This document shows, piece after piece, positions 1 through 10,811 of a stretch of 64,000 nt of DNA. The notes under the pieces are model-generated. The model had not been told where the DNA came from and ran no database searches. It saw only the letters and a program-made list of their open reading frames with translations. The position numbers were made by a program, and so were the translations under genes. Within the stretch, counting starts at the first letter, position 1. The number at the start of each line of letters is the position of its first letter. Source of the stretch: Promethearchaeota archaeon (GTDB taxonomy: Archaea > Asgardarchaeota > Lokiarchaeia > Sigyniarchaeales > SOKP01); NCBI GenBank assembly GCA_016840085.1, contig JAEOTA010000088.1:1-64000 (forward strand). The letters run 5' to 3'.

Positions 1-136
1 AATTTCGGAAGGTTTTGCGGGCATTAAATAAAATAAGGATTTCACAAAGATAAATCTTTCTGTTGCTCTTGAATCGTCTAATCAATTTTGTCGGGTGAGT
101 ATGGATTAACATTTAAGAAAAAAAAGAGATATACTT

Positions 137-712
137 ATGATTTTACGAATTGATCATGTTTCATTGGCAGTTAATAATTACAAGAAAACTGTTAAATTTT
201 TTACAGAAATTCTTGGTGCTATTCCACAATATCATGGTGAGGATAATAATCTGAAGTATTATTGGGAAACTTTTGCATTAGGTGATCTTTCTAGATTTGA
301 ATTAATAAAACCTACTGGAAAAGGGAGTTTTCTAGATAATTTTTTGAGAAAGAAGGAGGGTGGTATTCACCATCTAGTTTTGCAAACCCCCGATATTGAA
401 ATGACGAGAAAAGTACTTGAAACCAAAAAAATTCCCTATTTCGGTTATAATAATTATGGTGATCCTTGGAAAGAACTTTTTATCCATCCAAAAGATGCAT
501 TTGGGGTATTACTTCAACTTGCAGAATTTAGACCTGATGATTGGCTTGCTCCCTCATATAAGATGCCCGAAGGCAAAAAATGGACTGTTTCTAGAAATAA
601 TGAAGATCATAATCTCACCTTTGCTAATCCAGGCGGAGGTAAAGTAACATTATGTTTAGGTAAGGATGAAATAGAAGAATTAGTTCAAGATCTTAAAAAT
701 TTGATTCAATAA
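137..712 (+). CDS. VOC/glyoxalase family protein (methylmalonyl-CoA epimerase-like) with C-terminal extension
   Basis: IDHVSLAV, ELIKP, GGIHHL, FIHPKDAFGVLLQLAE motifs typical of MCE-like VOC proteins. Confidence 0.8.
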   Translation: MILRIDHVSLAVNNYKKTVKFFTEILGAIPQYHGEDNNLKYYWETFALGDLSRFELIKPTGKGSFLDNFLRKKEGGIHHLVLQTPDIEMTRKVLETKKIPYFGYNNYGDPWKELFIHPKDAFGVLLQLAEFRPDDWLAPSYKMPEGKKWTVSRNNEDHNLTFANPGGGKVTLCLGKDEIEELVQDLKNLIQ

Positions 713-741
713 ATATCTATTATCTACGTATATCTATTGCT

Positions 742-2277
742 TTATGTCATCGATTTGTGATCAATGAATTTTTGATAGTCGTGTAGCTTTCTTAATACGA
801 TTGCCGCGGTTTCAAAATTTCCACCAAATACCATAACTCTATTTTCATCATACTTGTCATATATAGGATTGCCTAAACTTGGAGTCAATGAAATATATAT
901 TACTTTTTTTTCAGGATATTTAAGAGCTAAATTTATTTCATGATCTGCTACTTGATTAATCCTATCGCTTCCCCTCATCATCATCATTTCCTTCATTCTT
1001 TTCCCATAATCATTGTTAGGCTTCAACATTTTTATTCTTTCGAGAAAAGTGGCAGAAGTCATAGTAAATATTACATCAAAACAGTCGGAATTTAACATCA
1101 GTTCTATAATGTTTTGAAAAGCATCAGGATTATTTGTAGCAACCATATCAACAGGATTATTATGACTCCAATAGAATGGAAGATGTTTTGAAATATCTTC
1201 TATAAGTTTTGGACCATTTGATTCTGCATTTAAATCCACAATATTGATCCCGTGTTTTTCACACAGATCAGTAAGATGCACTACAAAACCACCTCCACCA
1301 CTAATAATACCAGCTCGTAAAGGATCATTGTTAGGAAGTGGGAGAAGATTTTGAGCACCTTTAATTAGATAGATGAATTCCATTATCTGATCAGCAAAAA
1401 TAACACCTGTTTGTTTAAATACTGATTTATACATATCTAATGAACCAGCAATTGAACCTGTGTGGCTATTAGCGGCCCTTGCGCCAGTTTTAGTTATACC
1501 TGCCTTAAGAAAGAGAATAGGTTTTTTTTTAGTTGTTTCTGTGCATATTTCTTTAAATCGTCTTCCAGCGCGTAAACCTTCAGCAAATAGCGCAATAACC
1601 TTTGTTTCATCATCTTGAGCATAATATTGCAAATAATCTTCTAAAGTCAAAGATGCCTCATTACCACTGGATACGAAATATCTGATTCCTTGTATAGCAT
1701 TACATAAAATAGTACCCATTGTTCCAGATTGAGAGATTATTGAAACACTACCAGGTTTTGGGAGCATAAATCCAAAACCTAAATGTAAAGGAGACGTTTT
1801 ATCTTCTGATGTATAAAAACCCATAGAATTTGGCCCTACAAAGATTAATCCCCCTTTTTCAGCAAGTCTAACTAATTCTTTATTTTCTCTTTGTCTCTCC
1901 TCCGTTTTTACCTCCCCAAAACCTGCTGTGATTATTGCTGCTGTCTTAACTTCATTTTCTATTGCTTGCTTTACTGAATCTACCACAACATTTGGTGGGA
2001 CAACAATTCCAACTAGATCTATCTGTTCTGGACATTTATCGAGAGAAGGGTAAACTTCATTCCCTAATATTTTCTTTTTTTGATATTTTGGATTTGGATT
2101 GATTGGGTAAATATTCTTTTTAAACCCACAGCTTAAAACACTCATTCCTACAAAGGAACCGATTTTCATCATCTTATCAGTAGCCCCTATAATTGCCACA
2201 TTTTTAGGATTAAACATGACTTTCATTAATTCTAACTTCTCTTCGATATTCATAAATATAGTTCTCCAGACCTTCAA
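742..2277 (-). CDS. Acyl-CoA synthetase (NDP-forming) alpha-subunit-like, CoA-binding
   Basis: FNPKNVAIIGA, ITAGFGE, GPNSMG, ISQSG, SHTGSIAG phospho-His motif, NNPVD; start may be the MNIEEK Met at 2253. Confidence 0.85.
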   Translation of the reverse strand: MKVWRTIFMNIEEKLELMKVMFNPKNVAIIGATDKMMKIGSFVGMSVLSCGFKKNIYPINPNPKYQKKKILGNEVYPSLDKCPEQIDLVGIVVPPNVVVDSVKQAIENEVKTAAIITAGFGEVKTEERQRENKELVRLAEKGGLIFVGPNSMGFYTSEDKTSPLHLGFGFMLPKPGSVSIISQSGTMGTILCNAIQGIRYFVSSGNEASLTLEDYLQYYAQDDETKVIALFAEGLRAGRRFKEICTETTKKKPILFLKAGITKTGARAANSHTGSIAGSLDMYKSVFKQTGVIFADQIMEFIYLIKGAQNLLPLPNNDPLRAGIISGGGGFVVHLTDLCEKHGINIVDLNAESNGPKLIEDISKHLPFYWSHNNPVDMVATNNPDAFQNIIELMLNSDCFDVIFTMTSATFLERIKMLKPNNDYGKRMKEMMMMRGSDRINQVADHEINLALKYPEKKVIYISLTPSLGNPIYDKYDENRVMVFGGNFETAAIVLRKLHDYQKFIDHKSMT

Positions 2278-2539
2278 ATATATTGAAAATTATCTTCAGA
2301 ACGATGGTTTAATAAAGAATTGAATAAATAATAATTTTCCTAAATTCCCTAATTTAATGAACAAAGAAGTCAATTCTTTCCATGATTTTTTTCTGAAATT
2401 ATTAAACCAGGTGAATAAATCAATATTTACATTCTCCTTTAAATAGCTTTTAAAAATTGAAATAATCACAATTCAAATTTAGAGAGTCCATAAATTTATT
2501 TAATAAATCAATTTCTCTAATCTAAAAAGATAGCTAATA

Positions 2540-2773
2540 GTGCTTATGACACATTCGTCAAATATTGCAGAATTACATTTGGAACTTTGTATTGGATGTG
2601 GTGCTTGTGTTGATATATGTCCTACTAAGGCGATTCCTCTTACTATCATTGGTTACTTTTCTACATTGACTGAAATAATTGAAGAAAAATGTAATGGATG
2701 TGGAGAATGTATTAAAATTTGCCCTCATCACGCAATAAGATGGTTAAATAGGAATAATCATACTAAAGAATAA
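2540..2773 (+). CDS. 2x[4Fe-4S] ferredoxin
   Basis: Two CxxCxxCxxxCP motifs. Confidence 0.85.
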   Translation: MLMTHSSNIAELHLELCIGCGACVDICPTKAIPLTIIGYFSTLTEIIEEKCNGCGECIKICPHHAIRWLNRNNHTKE

Positions 2774-2872
2774 ATAGATTGCAAATTTTGATCCTTTTTT
2801 AATCTTCTAATATGGTGAAAACTAAAATATTAGAAAAAATGTTTAAAGTATTAGCTATCTAATATATATAGT

Positions 2873-3166
2873 ATGCCAAAATATATACTTGCAACCAAAC
2901 TTCAAAACCCTGACCTTGTGGAAAAAAGGAAAGAACAGGGCGAAAATTGGTTAAGATTGGTAAGAGAGAGAATTCCAGATATTAAATGGATAGCACATTA
3001 TGCCATATTAGGACCCTATGACTTTCTTGATATTTTTGAAGTAAAAAATGAACAAGAAGCTGCAAAGGTATCACTTCTTTCTCGTTCTGCAGGAGCAATA
3101 TTTGCAGAGACTTGGACTGCTATTCCTTATATGGAATTCCTTGAATTAGTTGATGACTTGAAATAA
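2873..3166 (+). CDS. GYD-domain protein
   Basis: YAILGPYDFLDIFE and TWTAIP motifs, ~97 aa. Confidence 0.75.
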   Translation: MPKYILATKLQNPDLVEKRKEQGENWLRLVRERIPDIKWIAHYAILGPYDFLDIFEVKNEQEAAKVSLLSRSAGAIFAETWTAIPYMEFLELVDDLK

Positions 3167-3274
3167 AAAACATTCTACTAATATAAGTAGGGGTAATAAA
3201 GAAAAGTTGTTGGAGTCTGTAAATTTTATTATTCAAATTTGAATTTAGAATATTGGTGTTTTTAACCTTAGAAC

Positions 3275-3700
3275 TCAAATATCGGGAGATTCCCATCTTT
3301 TTTTATATTCATTATATCTTTCCCATATAATATCTGGATTAAAATCTTTTCCTTTTTGTATTGCTTCAATAAGAATCGCAGTTTGCATAATTTGGAACTC
3401 TTGAGTTTTAATATCTCCCTTGTTTAGAAAACGATGCGTCATTTCAATTGATTTTAGAGAATCTATTGATTTAATATTACGAATATCAAGGTAATATCCA
3501 ATTATATAAGTAAAAAGCAAAAGAAATGGGAAAGTAATTATTGTAATCCAAAGATTTATATTGTATGCAAGTGAAACTAAGGAAATCGCGCTAATTGTTG
3601 ATGTTATTATTGTATAGTATGATTGACCCATTTTCAATCGGGATAATTGCTTCCCTACAAAACTCGAACTTTTTATTCTTTTAAATTTTCGTAATTTCAT
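3275..3700 (-). CDS. Hypothetical membrane protein (2 TM)
   Basis: Two hydrophobic segments; no family motif recognised. Confidence 0.55.
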   Translation of the reverse strand: MKLRKFKRIKSSSFVGKQLSRLKMGQSYYTIITSTISAISLVSLAYNINLWITIITFPFLLLFTYIIGYYLDIRNIKSIDSLKSIEMTHRFLNKGDIKTQEFQIMQTAILIEAIQKGKDFNPDIIWERYNEYKKRWESPDI

Positions 3701-3817
3701 TGAAAGTACCTATTTATAATTCATTTTTTAGTTTAATATCATTGTAAACAAATAAATGATTATGTTTATTATTACTCGAATCTAAATATTATTATTAAGA
3801 AATCACAGTGATAATTT

Positions 3818-5269
3818 ATGTTAATTGAATGGTGGATAGATAAAATTAAGAAAGAATTCGAAGAAAATCATTTACCCGCTATTCAAGACTATTTGCGAGT
3901 TCCTTCAATTTCAGCTACAGGAGAGGGTATACAAAAAACTGCTGAAATGACAGCTAAGGCTCTAGAAAAACTTGGAGCAGATGATATTCAAATTGTTCCA
4001 ACTAAAGGGTGGCCTGTTGTATATGGAGAATTAATAAAAGATATTCATAAACCTACGGTTCTTTTCTATAGCATGTATGATGTTCAACCAGTTGAACCAG
4101 AAAAGTGGTTGGTCCCTCCTTTTAAAGCGGAGATTGTCGACGATTTTGAAGGGATGGGACGTGCTTTAGTTTCTCGCGGAGTAATCAATACGAAAGGACC
4201 AACGATGGCTTTTTTTCAAACACTTCAAGCATTATTAGATTCAGGAAAAGATTTACCAGTAAATTTTCTATTCGCAATTGAAGGAGAGGAAGAATTAGGT
4301 TCAATTCATTTTCCAGATTTTGTGCATTTATTTACAAAACAATTAGAACGTGCAGACTTAGTTTTTTTCCCGAGTTTCAGCGAAACTCTCAATGGGCGAA
4401 TTGAAATTGTATTGGGTTGTAGAGGGATTATTTATTTCAAAATATGGATGCGTGGTGGAGATTGGGGTGGTCCAAAATCCAGAAATATTCATTCTTCTCT
4501 TGCGAGTTTTGTAGATTCGCCCACTTGGAGATTGATTAACCTCATTTCGAAGATGCGAGCTCCAGATGGAAAAATATTAATCCCGGGTATTTACGAAAAA
4601 GTACGCTCTATTTCGAAAGAAGACCAGGATGTAGTAAATGAATTAGCAAAGAAAATTGATATTGAAGAATTTAAGAAAATGATTGATGTCAAGCGATTTT
4701 ATTTAGATGAGAAGGGAAAAGAATTAGATAAAGAACAATTGATACAAGAACTATTTAAACCTTGTTTAACGGTAGATGGGATTATTTCAGGTTATACGGA
4801 AGAGAAAGGGAGTAAAACCGTGCTTCCGTGTAATGCATTCGCAAATATGGACATTAGAATTGTCCCAAATATGGAAGTAGAAGATATTCGTGCTAAAATC
4901 ACAAATTTTATTAAAACTCACGCCCCAGAAGCTGAATTTGAAATGGAAGAAGGGTATAAATGGTCAAAAATGTCAATTTTACACCCCTATATTCAAGCCC
5001 AAATAGAAGTATTAAGTTCGACAGGAAAGGAAATCCAAATTTGGCCGATGGCTACTGGTTCAGCACCATTTTACATTTTTCAAGATAAATTCAATATACC
5101 AATTCTTGATGGAGGATTAGGGCATGGGAGTAGAGCACACTCCCCAAATGAGTTCGCTTTCCTCGAGAGTAAAACGGGTGCTGGAGGAATAATGGATTTT
5201 GAGATTTCAGTAGCCAAATTATTCTCAAAAATAGGAGAAACTGGAAAGGTAAAAAAAAAATATCCATGA
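3818..5269 (+). CDS. M20/M25/M40 family metallopeptidase (dipeptidase-like)
   Basis: YDVQP, RG..N.KG, EGEEELGS, AHSPNE motifs. Confidence 0.85.
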   Translation: MLIEWWIDKIKKEFEENHLPAIQDYLRVPSISATGEGIQKTAEMTAKALEKLGADDIQIVPTKGWPVVYGELIKDIHKPTVLFYSMYDVQPVEPEKWLVPPFKAEIVDDFEGMGRALVSRGVINTKGPTMAFFQTLQALLDSGKDLPVNFLFAIEGEEELGSIHFPDFVHLFTKQLERADLVFFPSFSETLNGRIEIVLGCRGIIYFKIWMRGGDWGGPKSRNIHSSLASFVDSPTWRLINLISKMRAPDGKILIPGIYEKVRSISKEDQDVVNELAKKIDIEEFKKMIDVKRFYLDEKGKELDKEQLIQELFKPCLTVDGIISGYTEEKGSKTVLPCNAFANMDIRIVPNMEVEDIRAKITNFIKTHAPEAEFEMEEGYKWSKMSILHPYIQAQIEVLSSTGKEIQIWPMATGSAPFYIFQDKFNIPILDGGLGHGSRAHSPNEFAFLESKTGAGGIMDFEISVAKLFSKIGETGKVKKKYP

Positions 5270-5353
5270 ATTAAGCCATAAATTAAGAAGATTAATCCTC
5301 TTTTTTATACAGACATTTATTAAATCATTCTTATCTTTATAAGACTGATATTT

Positions 5354-6133
5354 ATGTTTTCAAAACGAAAAGTTAAGCAATTACAAGAAATTCTGATGAA
5401 TTCATGGCCTGCAAAACACTATTACTTTTTAAATGGATGGATTTTACGTTTTACTGAAGGTGTAACTGCGCGAGCAAATTCAGTTCTCCCTTTATATTAT
5501 AATGGAGATAAAGATACTCTAAAAAAAGATATCAAATTAGCTGAAAAAGCTTATAACTCCTATAATTTTCCATCTATATTTACTATGCATGATTTTTTCG
5601 AGCCGAATGATTTAAAAGATATATTAATTCAAATGGATTATCAGCAATTAGGGTGTACTACTAATACAATGGTAGCACCAATTCCACAATTAAAGACTGG
5701 AGAGATAAATGATAACTATACTTATAATTTCTACTTTAATAGAATAAAAGAATTCTCAGATTTTTTAGCTATTTTTTCCAAAAGAGATGATGAGGCTCAA
5801 CAGATTTTAAAAGAATTAACTTATAGAATTATAATTCCTAAAAAATGTTTTATAGTAGCAAGAGACAAAAATAAAATTATTGGAACACTCATGGGTGTCT
5901 TAGATCCTCGAGAATTTTTATATATTGCGGATGTGTTAGTTCACCCAGATTATAGACAAAATGGTTTAGCAACTTCATTGTTTTTTAAAGTAATAAAAGA
6001 TTGGGCATTACCAAAGGGGGCTAAAACTGTTTGGTTACAGGTGGAAACTGATAATGATAAAGCTTTAAATTTATATCAGAAATTAGGAATGAAAATTGCA
6101 TACAGATATTATTATTTGCAAAAAAATAAATGA
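5354..6133 (+). CDS. GNAT family N-acetyltransferase
   Basis: VHPDYRQNGLA acetyl-CoA motif, WLQV..DN..ALNLYQKLG. Confidence 0.85.
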   Translation: MFSKRKVKQLQEILMNSWPAKHYYFLNGWILRFTEGVTARANSVLPLYYNGDKDTLKKDIKLAEKAYNSYNFPSIFTMHDFFEPNDLKDILIQMDYQQLGCTTNTMVAPIPQLKTGEINDNYTYNFYFNRIKEFSDFLAIFSKRDDEAQQILKELTYRIIIPKKCFIVARDKNKIIGTLMGVLDPREFLYIADVLVHPDYRQNGLATSLFFKVIKDWALPKGAKTVWLQVETDNDKALNLYQKLGMKIAYRYYYLQKNK

Positions 6134-6199
6134 GTTAAATTTTTCATTTATAAATTAATTGAAAACAATTTGCAATATTTCTAAATTTTAAATAGATAT

Positions 6200-7087
6200 T
6201 TATTCGTATAAAATAGTACCGTATGAAAATTTCTCATCTAAAGGAATTGAAGCACAATAAAAACCAGAATCAAGAAATTTGAATAAGTCAACAATGTGGG
6301 AAAAATTCTCATACACATAATCAACAAATTGTTCAAAGTAAGTATAAAATCTACCATAAGGAATCGTATAATTTATGAATTCTTTATAATTTAAGTGAAG
6401 TATTACAAATCTAACAAATTGTAATCTAAGATTTTCAGATAAACTTTCACACACTTCGAAGAGATAGTTATTTCCATACTTCAAATCAATAAATAAAATT
6501 AAATCTATTAAATTTTTAATTATTTTATAATTATCTAGAGAAGATTCTAACGAATCTCGGAGTTGAAGTAAGATATTATCTATTAATTTAGAACCTGATT
6601 GATCAAACACATATTTTAATTCTTCTATAGTAAATGAATTCAAATATCCATTATAAAGGAAAAATTGAGCTGTATTTATATAGCCACTTTCAAATCTTTT
6701 TACGATTTCTTCCTTGAATACTCTTAATGCTAAAAGATCGCCTGCTTCAGTTAGTTTTTTAAGTAATGGAAATGCCAGTTTATTATGGAGAATCCGAGTA
6801 TCATATTCATTTTCAACCCAAACTTGTAAATTTGAACAATGACCAATAAATTCTTCTTCGGGAGTGAGTGTTTTTCTAATTAAAGGATCCAGTTCCATTG
6901 AACTGTCAAGTATTTCAGCTGCTTGATCAATAGAATCTATTTTTTCAGTTATTCCAATATCATCTTTAGAGATATTTAGTAATAAATATTTACACTGTGT
7001 AAATAATACGTTGTTTACATATATCGATGTATGCCCATTTTCTAATTTAAGTTCAAGATAATCATTTAGGGTATATTTTTGCATCAA
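6200..7087 (-). CDS. Lokiarchaeia-type conserved protein (domain often found N-terminal to LRRs)
   Basis: LKLE..T.IYV...F.QCKYLLLNI and EEEF.GHCSNLQVWVENEYDTRILH..LAFPLLKKL pattern, recalled as an expanded Loki family. Confidence 0.55.
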   Translation of the reverse strand: MMQKYTLNDYLELKLENGHTSIYVNNVLFTQCKYLLLNISKDDIGITEKIDSIDQAAEILDSSMELDPLIRKTLTPEEEFIGHCSNLQVWVENEYDTRILHNKLAFPLLKKLTEAGDLLALRVFKEEIVKRFESGYINTAQFFLYNGYLNSFTIEELKYVFDQSGSKLIDNILLQLRDSLESSLDNYKIIKNLIDLILFIDLKYGNNYLFEVCESLSENLRLQFVRFVILHLNYKEFINYTIPYGRFYTYFEQFVDYVYENFSHIVDLFKFLDSGFYCASIPLDEKFSYGTILYE

Positions 7088-7182
7088 TATTAATAGTAAA
7101 TTTTAACATTTAGTTTTATTTTTTTGCATTTGAATATATAATCTAATAAAAAAAAATTAAATTTCAAAATAAAAAAAGAATT

Positions 7183-7581
7183 ATGAGTGAATTAAAAAAA
7201 TTACTCTACGAAAGAATTCCTTTTTACTCAACTTTAGGTCTTGAATTACAAGAGATTGGTGACGGAATTGCGATTTTTGAAATCAATTTTCGAGAAGATT
7301 TAACACAAAATGGAGCTATTCATGGAGGGGTTTTGGCTAGTCTTGTAGATTCATCTTGTGCATGTGCTGCATTTTCACTCATTTTTCCTAATGGTTATAT
7401 ATCAACTATAGATTTACAAGTTGAATATCTCAGACCTGTTTCAAGAGGAAGACTTATAGGAAAAGCTAAATGTGTAAAAAGCGGAAAAAATATTTTTTTC
7501 TGTAAAGCTAAAGTATGGAATGAAGAAGGAGAGCTTATCTGCACAGGTAGTTCTCAGCTTCTTCGAGTAGATCTCAAATGA
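7183..7581 (+). CDS. PaaI family thioesterase
   Basis: NGAIHGGVLASLVD hotdog-fold motif, YLRPV. Confidence 0.88.
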   Translation: MSELKKLLYERIPFYSTLGLELQEIGDGIAIFEINFREDLTQNGAIHGGVLASLVDSSCACAAFSLIFPNGYISTIDLQVEYLRPVSRGRLIGKAKCVKSGKNIFFCKAKVWNEEGELICTGSSQLLRVDLK

Positions 7582-7642
7582 AATTTCTATTTTTGATAAG
7601 ACTGAAAAGGATTTAAATAATTTATAATAAAAATAATTTATT

Positions 7643-8227
7643 TTATTTTCCACGGCCTTTATTTGCTCTAATACTTGGCCTAGTTTTTTCGGATCCCCAA
7701 CCTTTTTTATGTAAACCTCGAGCTCTCTTTCCAGCGGAAGTTAAACCTCGAGTAACTCTTTTTGATTGTTGTACTTCTGTAATCCAATTTATTTTAGGAT
7801 CAGATTTGATTACTGGGTGGTTTGGATCTACTAAAATAACTTCATAATACCAATGCTTACCATCTGAGTAAATTTTATAACTATTCAAAACTTGCATATT
7901 TGGATATCTTCGTTGTACTCTTTCCTCAGTAATCCATTGAAGATTTTTCCCTGTAGTATATTTAGAAACACCCATTGCTCTTGGCTTTCTACCTCGTTTT
8001 GGGCGAGTTTTATGCATACCACCTTTTCTAATTCTCACTCTCACAATAATATATCCTTGTTTGGCTTTATAACCTAAAGTTCTTGCTCGATGAATATTAG
8101 TGGGTTTTTCAACTCTTTGGATAGATTTTCCTTTTCGATATTCTATACCACGCTGCCAATGAGGTGTTTGATATCCTTTTTCATGTTTTTCAAAGGTTTC
8201 TTTTACATAATTATATCCAGACTTCAA
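7643..8227 (-). CDS. rpl15e: 50S ribosomal protein L15e
   Basis: RARTLGYKAKQG, VLNSY, YEVILVDP.HP.I..D..INWI, RGLTSAG. Confidence 0.96.
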   Translation of the reverse strand: MKSGYNYVKETFEKHEKGYQTPHWQRGIEYRKGKSIQRVEKPTNIHRARTLGYKAKQGYIIVRVRIRKGGMHKTRPKRGRKPRAMGVSKYTTGKNLQWITEERVQRRYPNMQVLNSYKIYSDGKHWYYEVILVDPNHPVIKSDPKINWITEVQQSKRVTRGLTSAGKRARGLHKKGWGSEKTRPSIRANKGRGK

Positions 8228-8427
8228 TTTAACGATGCACTCTTGTTTTTTATTATCTTTTAAAATATATAGAAATTAATTAATTTTATTATTTCTAATT
8301 TAACTTAAAATTTATTCAACTATTGAGGTCTTTAATTTCTTCATTTTACTTGTTTAGAAATAATTTTAATAGCTCAAATAAATTATAACTATTAATTATA
8401 GCTTAAAGTTTTTATTTTTAGGGAGAA

Positions 8428-8919
8428 TTGCGGTACCTCATGGAAGAAAATAATAAAAAAAAGGATGATTTTAAAAAAGCGAATATTGAGGAAAAAGATG
8501 GTATAAAAATATCCTATGATAAGAATGAATTAAAAGAAACATTCCCTCATTTAGTTAAAGAAATCTCTAGAAATCAAAAATCACTTAAAATTGATTCTGT
8601 TAGAATGGAAATTGAGAATACAAATGATCAAAATTCTCAAACTTCAGATAACTTTTCCCCTAATGAAATAATTAATCCTAGAGCAATTGATTTTATTAGA
8701 AGATGCACAAAAACTGAAGAGGCCATCGAAATATTAAATTTTTTATTAAAAAGAAAAGAATTAACTCGTTCTGATTATATATCATTGAAAAATCAAATAT
8801 TACAAGAAAATGGATTAAGAAATTTAGTTAATAAACATGGAGGATTTAAAAGATCTGGATATTATGAAAGAAAATTTGGAACTTTGAGAATTAAAAAAAG
8901 TGATAATGAAAAGAACTAA
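8428..8919 (+). CDS. DUF2095-like archaeal protein
   Basis: FPHLVKEI and P.AIDFIRRC.K.EEAIEILNFLLKR.E..GYYE motifs. Confidence 0.65.
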   Translation: MRYLMEENNKKKDDFKKANIEEKDGIKISYDKNELKETFPHLVKEISRNQKSLKIDSVRMEIENTNDQNSQTSDNFSPNEIINPRAIDFIRRCTKTEEAIEILNFLLKRKELTRSDYISLKNQILQENGLRNLVNKHGGFKRSGYYERKFGTLRIKKSDNEKN

Positions 8920-8974
8920 CTAATAGTTAAATTTATTCATAAAACAAAAATAATCAAAAAAATTATAATATTAT

Positions 8975-9056
8975 GAGAAGAAATATGATGAGCTTATGAC
9001 AAACCGAACTAATGCTCTTAGTGATGATACTTGTCGCCCCAATCTGATTTTTTCTC
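8975..9056 (+). ncRNA. Box C/D sRNA (2'-O-methylation guide)
   Basis: C box ATGATGA 8985-8991, D' CCGA 9004-9007, C' GTGATGA 9021-9027, D CTGA 9044-9047, terminal stem GAGAAGAAA/TTTTTTCTC; intergenic. Confidence 0.8.
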
Positions 9057-9088
9057 TTTATTATCACTAAACTGTTCTCCAAAATTCT

Positions 9089-9346
9089 TTATGAAATACT
9101 TGTTTCTAATTTTTTTTTAAAATTACTCCCTTTTGCAGTTAGGAAATGTTCTTGTTTAACTATTTTAATAAGTTGTAAATCAAGTAAAACAGGTACCCTT
9201 CCTCTAATACATTCGATTGGTAATCCTGAAAATAATTTGATAGTTTCAAAAGTTTTTGCTCCTTTGTCAATTGCAAACAATATTTCAATTCCCATAAATC
9301 CTAAGAGATTCTTTAAATCTTCCTTCGTTTCTTCTCCATTAAACAT
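9089..9346 (-). CDS. Small winged-helix protein
   Basis: 85 aa with wHTH-like pattern ending LTAKG. Confidence 0.55.
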   Translation of the reverse strand: MFNGEETKEDLKNLLGFMGIEILFAIDKGAKTFETIKLFSGLPIECIRGRVPVLLDLQLIKIVKQEHFLTAKGSNFKKKLETSIS

Positions 9347-9435
9347 AGTATGTCGGAAATTTCAACTTATTCAAAATTATAATTTTAAATTTTGGTTGAA
9401 TAGGTGGTGATTCATTTTCTCAGAAATTTTTGATT

Positions 9436-10608
9436 TTAATTTTTATTAATATTTTCAGATTCATTACTTTTTAACGGTATTTCAGCTTTTTTCGCTATAA
9501 CTGGGTCAGATTCTTTTGGTAACAATTTTCTCATCCATTCAGGAAAAGCTGTTGTTATCTGTAGATTTGTTTTTAAAAGAATATAAGTTTCATCATTATA
9601 ATTCAATTCTTCAATAACATCATATTTCTTGAGAAATTCAATATTTTCCACAATTGAGTCAAGAGTTTTTTTAGATAGTAATTTAGGTAATGCATCCTTT
9701 GAAATTAAACCATTTCTTAATTCAGAAAGAACATTATACTTTTTTGGATCTGCCATTATTTGAAATAGTGTAAAAGTATCTTCTTTTAATTCTTCATCTG
9801 TTTTTTTTTCATATTCACTATAGTACTCTTGAACTTTAGGAAGAAGCAAATCAATTAATTCTGGTTTATCATCAATGTATTCTATTACACTATCTGGAGG
9901 GATTCTTTCTGCATTTACTTCTTTTAATAAAAGTACATATTTTTCCACTAAACCAATTTGATTTATAAAAATAAATTGTTTATCTTCTAATGTATTAATT
10001 ATCTCCTCAAAATTCTTGCTAGGAAAATTTTCAATAAACCATTCTCTAAGCATCTCTAAAGGTATTGGACCTCTTGATAATTTCTCTAAAGTTTCAAATA
10101 TATGCTTATCATTTAATAAAATTGCTATTTTCTCTTCTACAGTTTTTTCTCTTGTATTTTCTAATATGGCATAATATAGAGTCTCCACCCATACTTTTAT
10201 CAAAGATTCATTTTTTATTATTCTCTCTTTATCATTTTCATGATAATTTAAATCATTTATATAAAATGCAGTAAAAATTTCTTCATTTGATCGCAATCTT
10301 TCTGAAAATTCGATACACAAATCTGAAATTTGTTCTTCTATTTCTGGAGATAATTGTTGATCCACAATTGTAGAAACCATTAGTATTTCCTTATTCCCAC
10401 GCGCCCAATCGGAGTGAATCTCAAAATAATAATTCAAAGATCTTAAATTCTCAAAAGAATGAGTGAAAAAACCTTCATTAAATTGTTGATCCATAAAATT
10501 GGCTATTTTAGATGATAAATCTTTATCTAATGAGTCTTTAGGATAAGAATACACTACTAATGGTCCAATTTTACGATGAAACCATGATAATGCTACGATT
10601 GTCTTCAA
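9436..10608 (-). CDS. uDENN/longin-like domain protein (Asgard type)
   Basis: N-terminal IVALSWFHRKIGPLVVYSYP resembles the F..xGP..Y.YP start of uDENN/longin folds. Confidence 0.55.
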   Translation of the reverse strand: MKTIVALSWFHRKIGPLVVYSYPKDSLDKDLSSKIANFMDQQFNEGFFTHSFENLRSLNYYFEIHSDWARGNKEILMVSTIVDQQLSPEIEEQISDLCIEFSERLRSNEEIFTAFYINDLNYHENDKERIIKNESLIKVWVETLYYAILENTREKTVEEKIAILLNDKHIFETLEKLSRGPIPLEMLREWFIENFPSKNFEEIINTLEDKQFIFINQIGLVEKYVLLLKEVNAERIPPDSVIEYIDDKPELIDLLLPKVQEYYSEYEKKTDEELKEDTFTLFQIMADPKKYNVLSELRNGLISKDALPKLLSKKTLDSIVENIEFLKKYDVIEELNYNDETYILLKTNLQITTAFPEWMRKLLPKESDPVIAKKAEIPLKSNESENINKN

Positions 10609-10811
10609 TTAATGAATCTCCAAAACGGGATAATTATTTTTTAAATAAAACAGTTAATTTTAGAATGTATAACTTAAATTAAATTAATATTAAAGATTAT
10701 ATATTATTAAAGATAAATAAATTTATCTTAACTCAACCTCTATTATCTTTAAGTAATAAAATTTAACATTTAATTAGTAATATTTTATTAGCTTTAAGAT
10801 AATTACAAACT

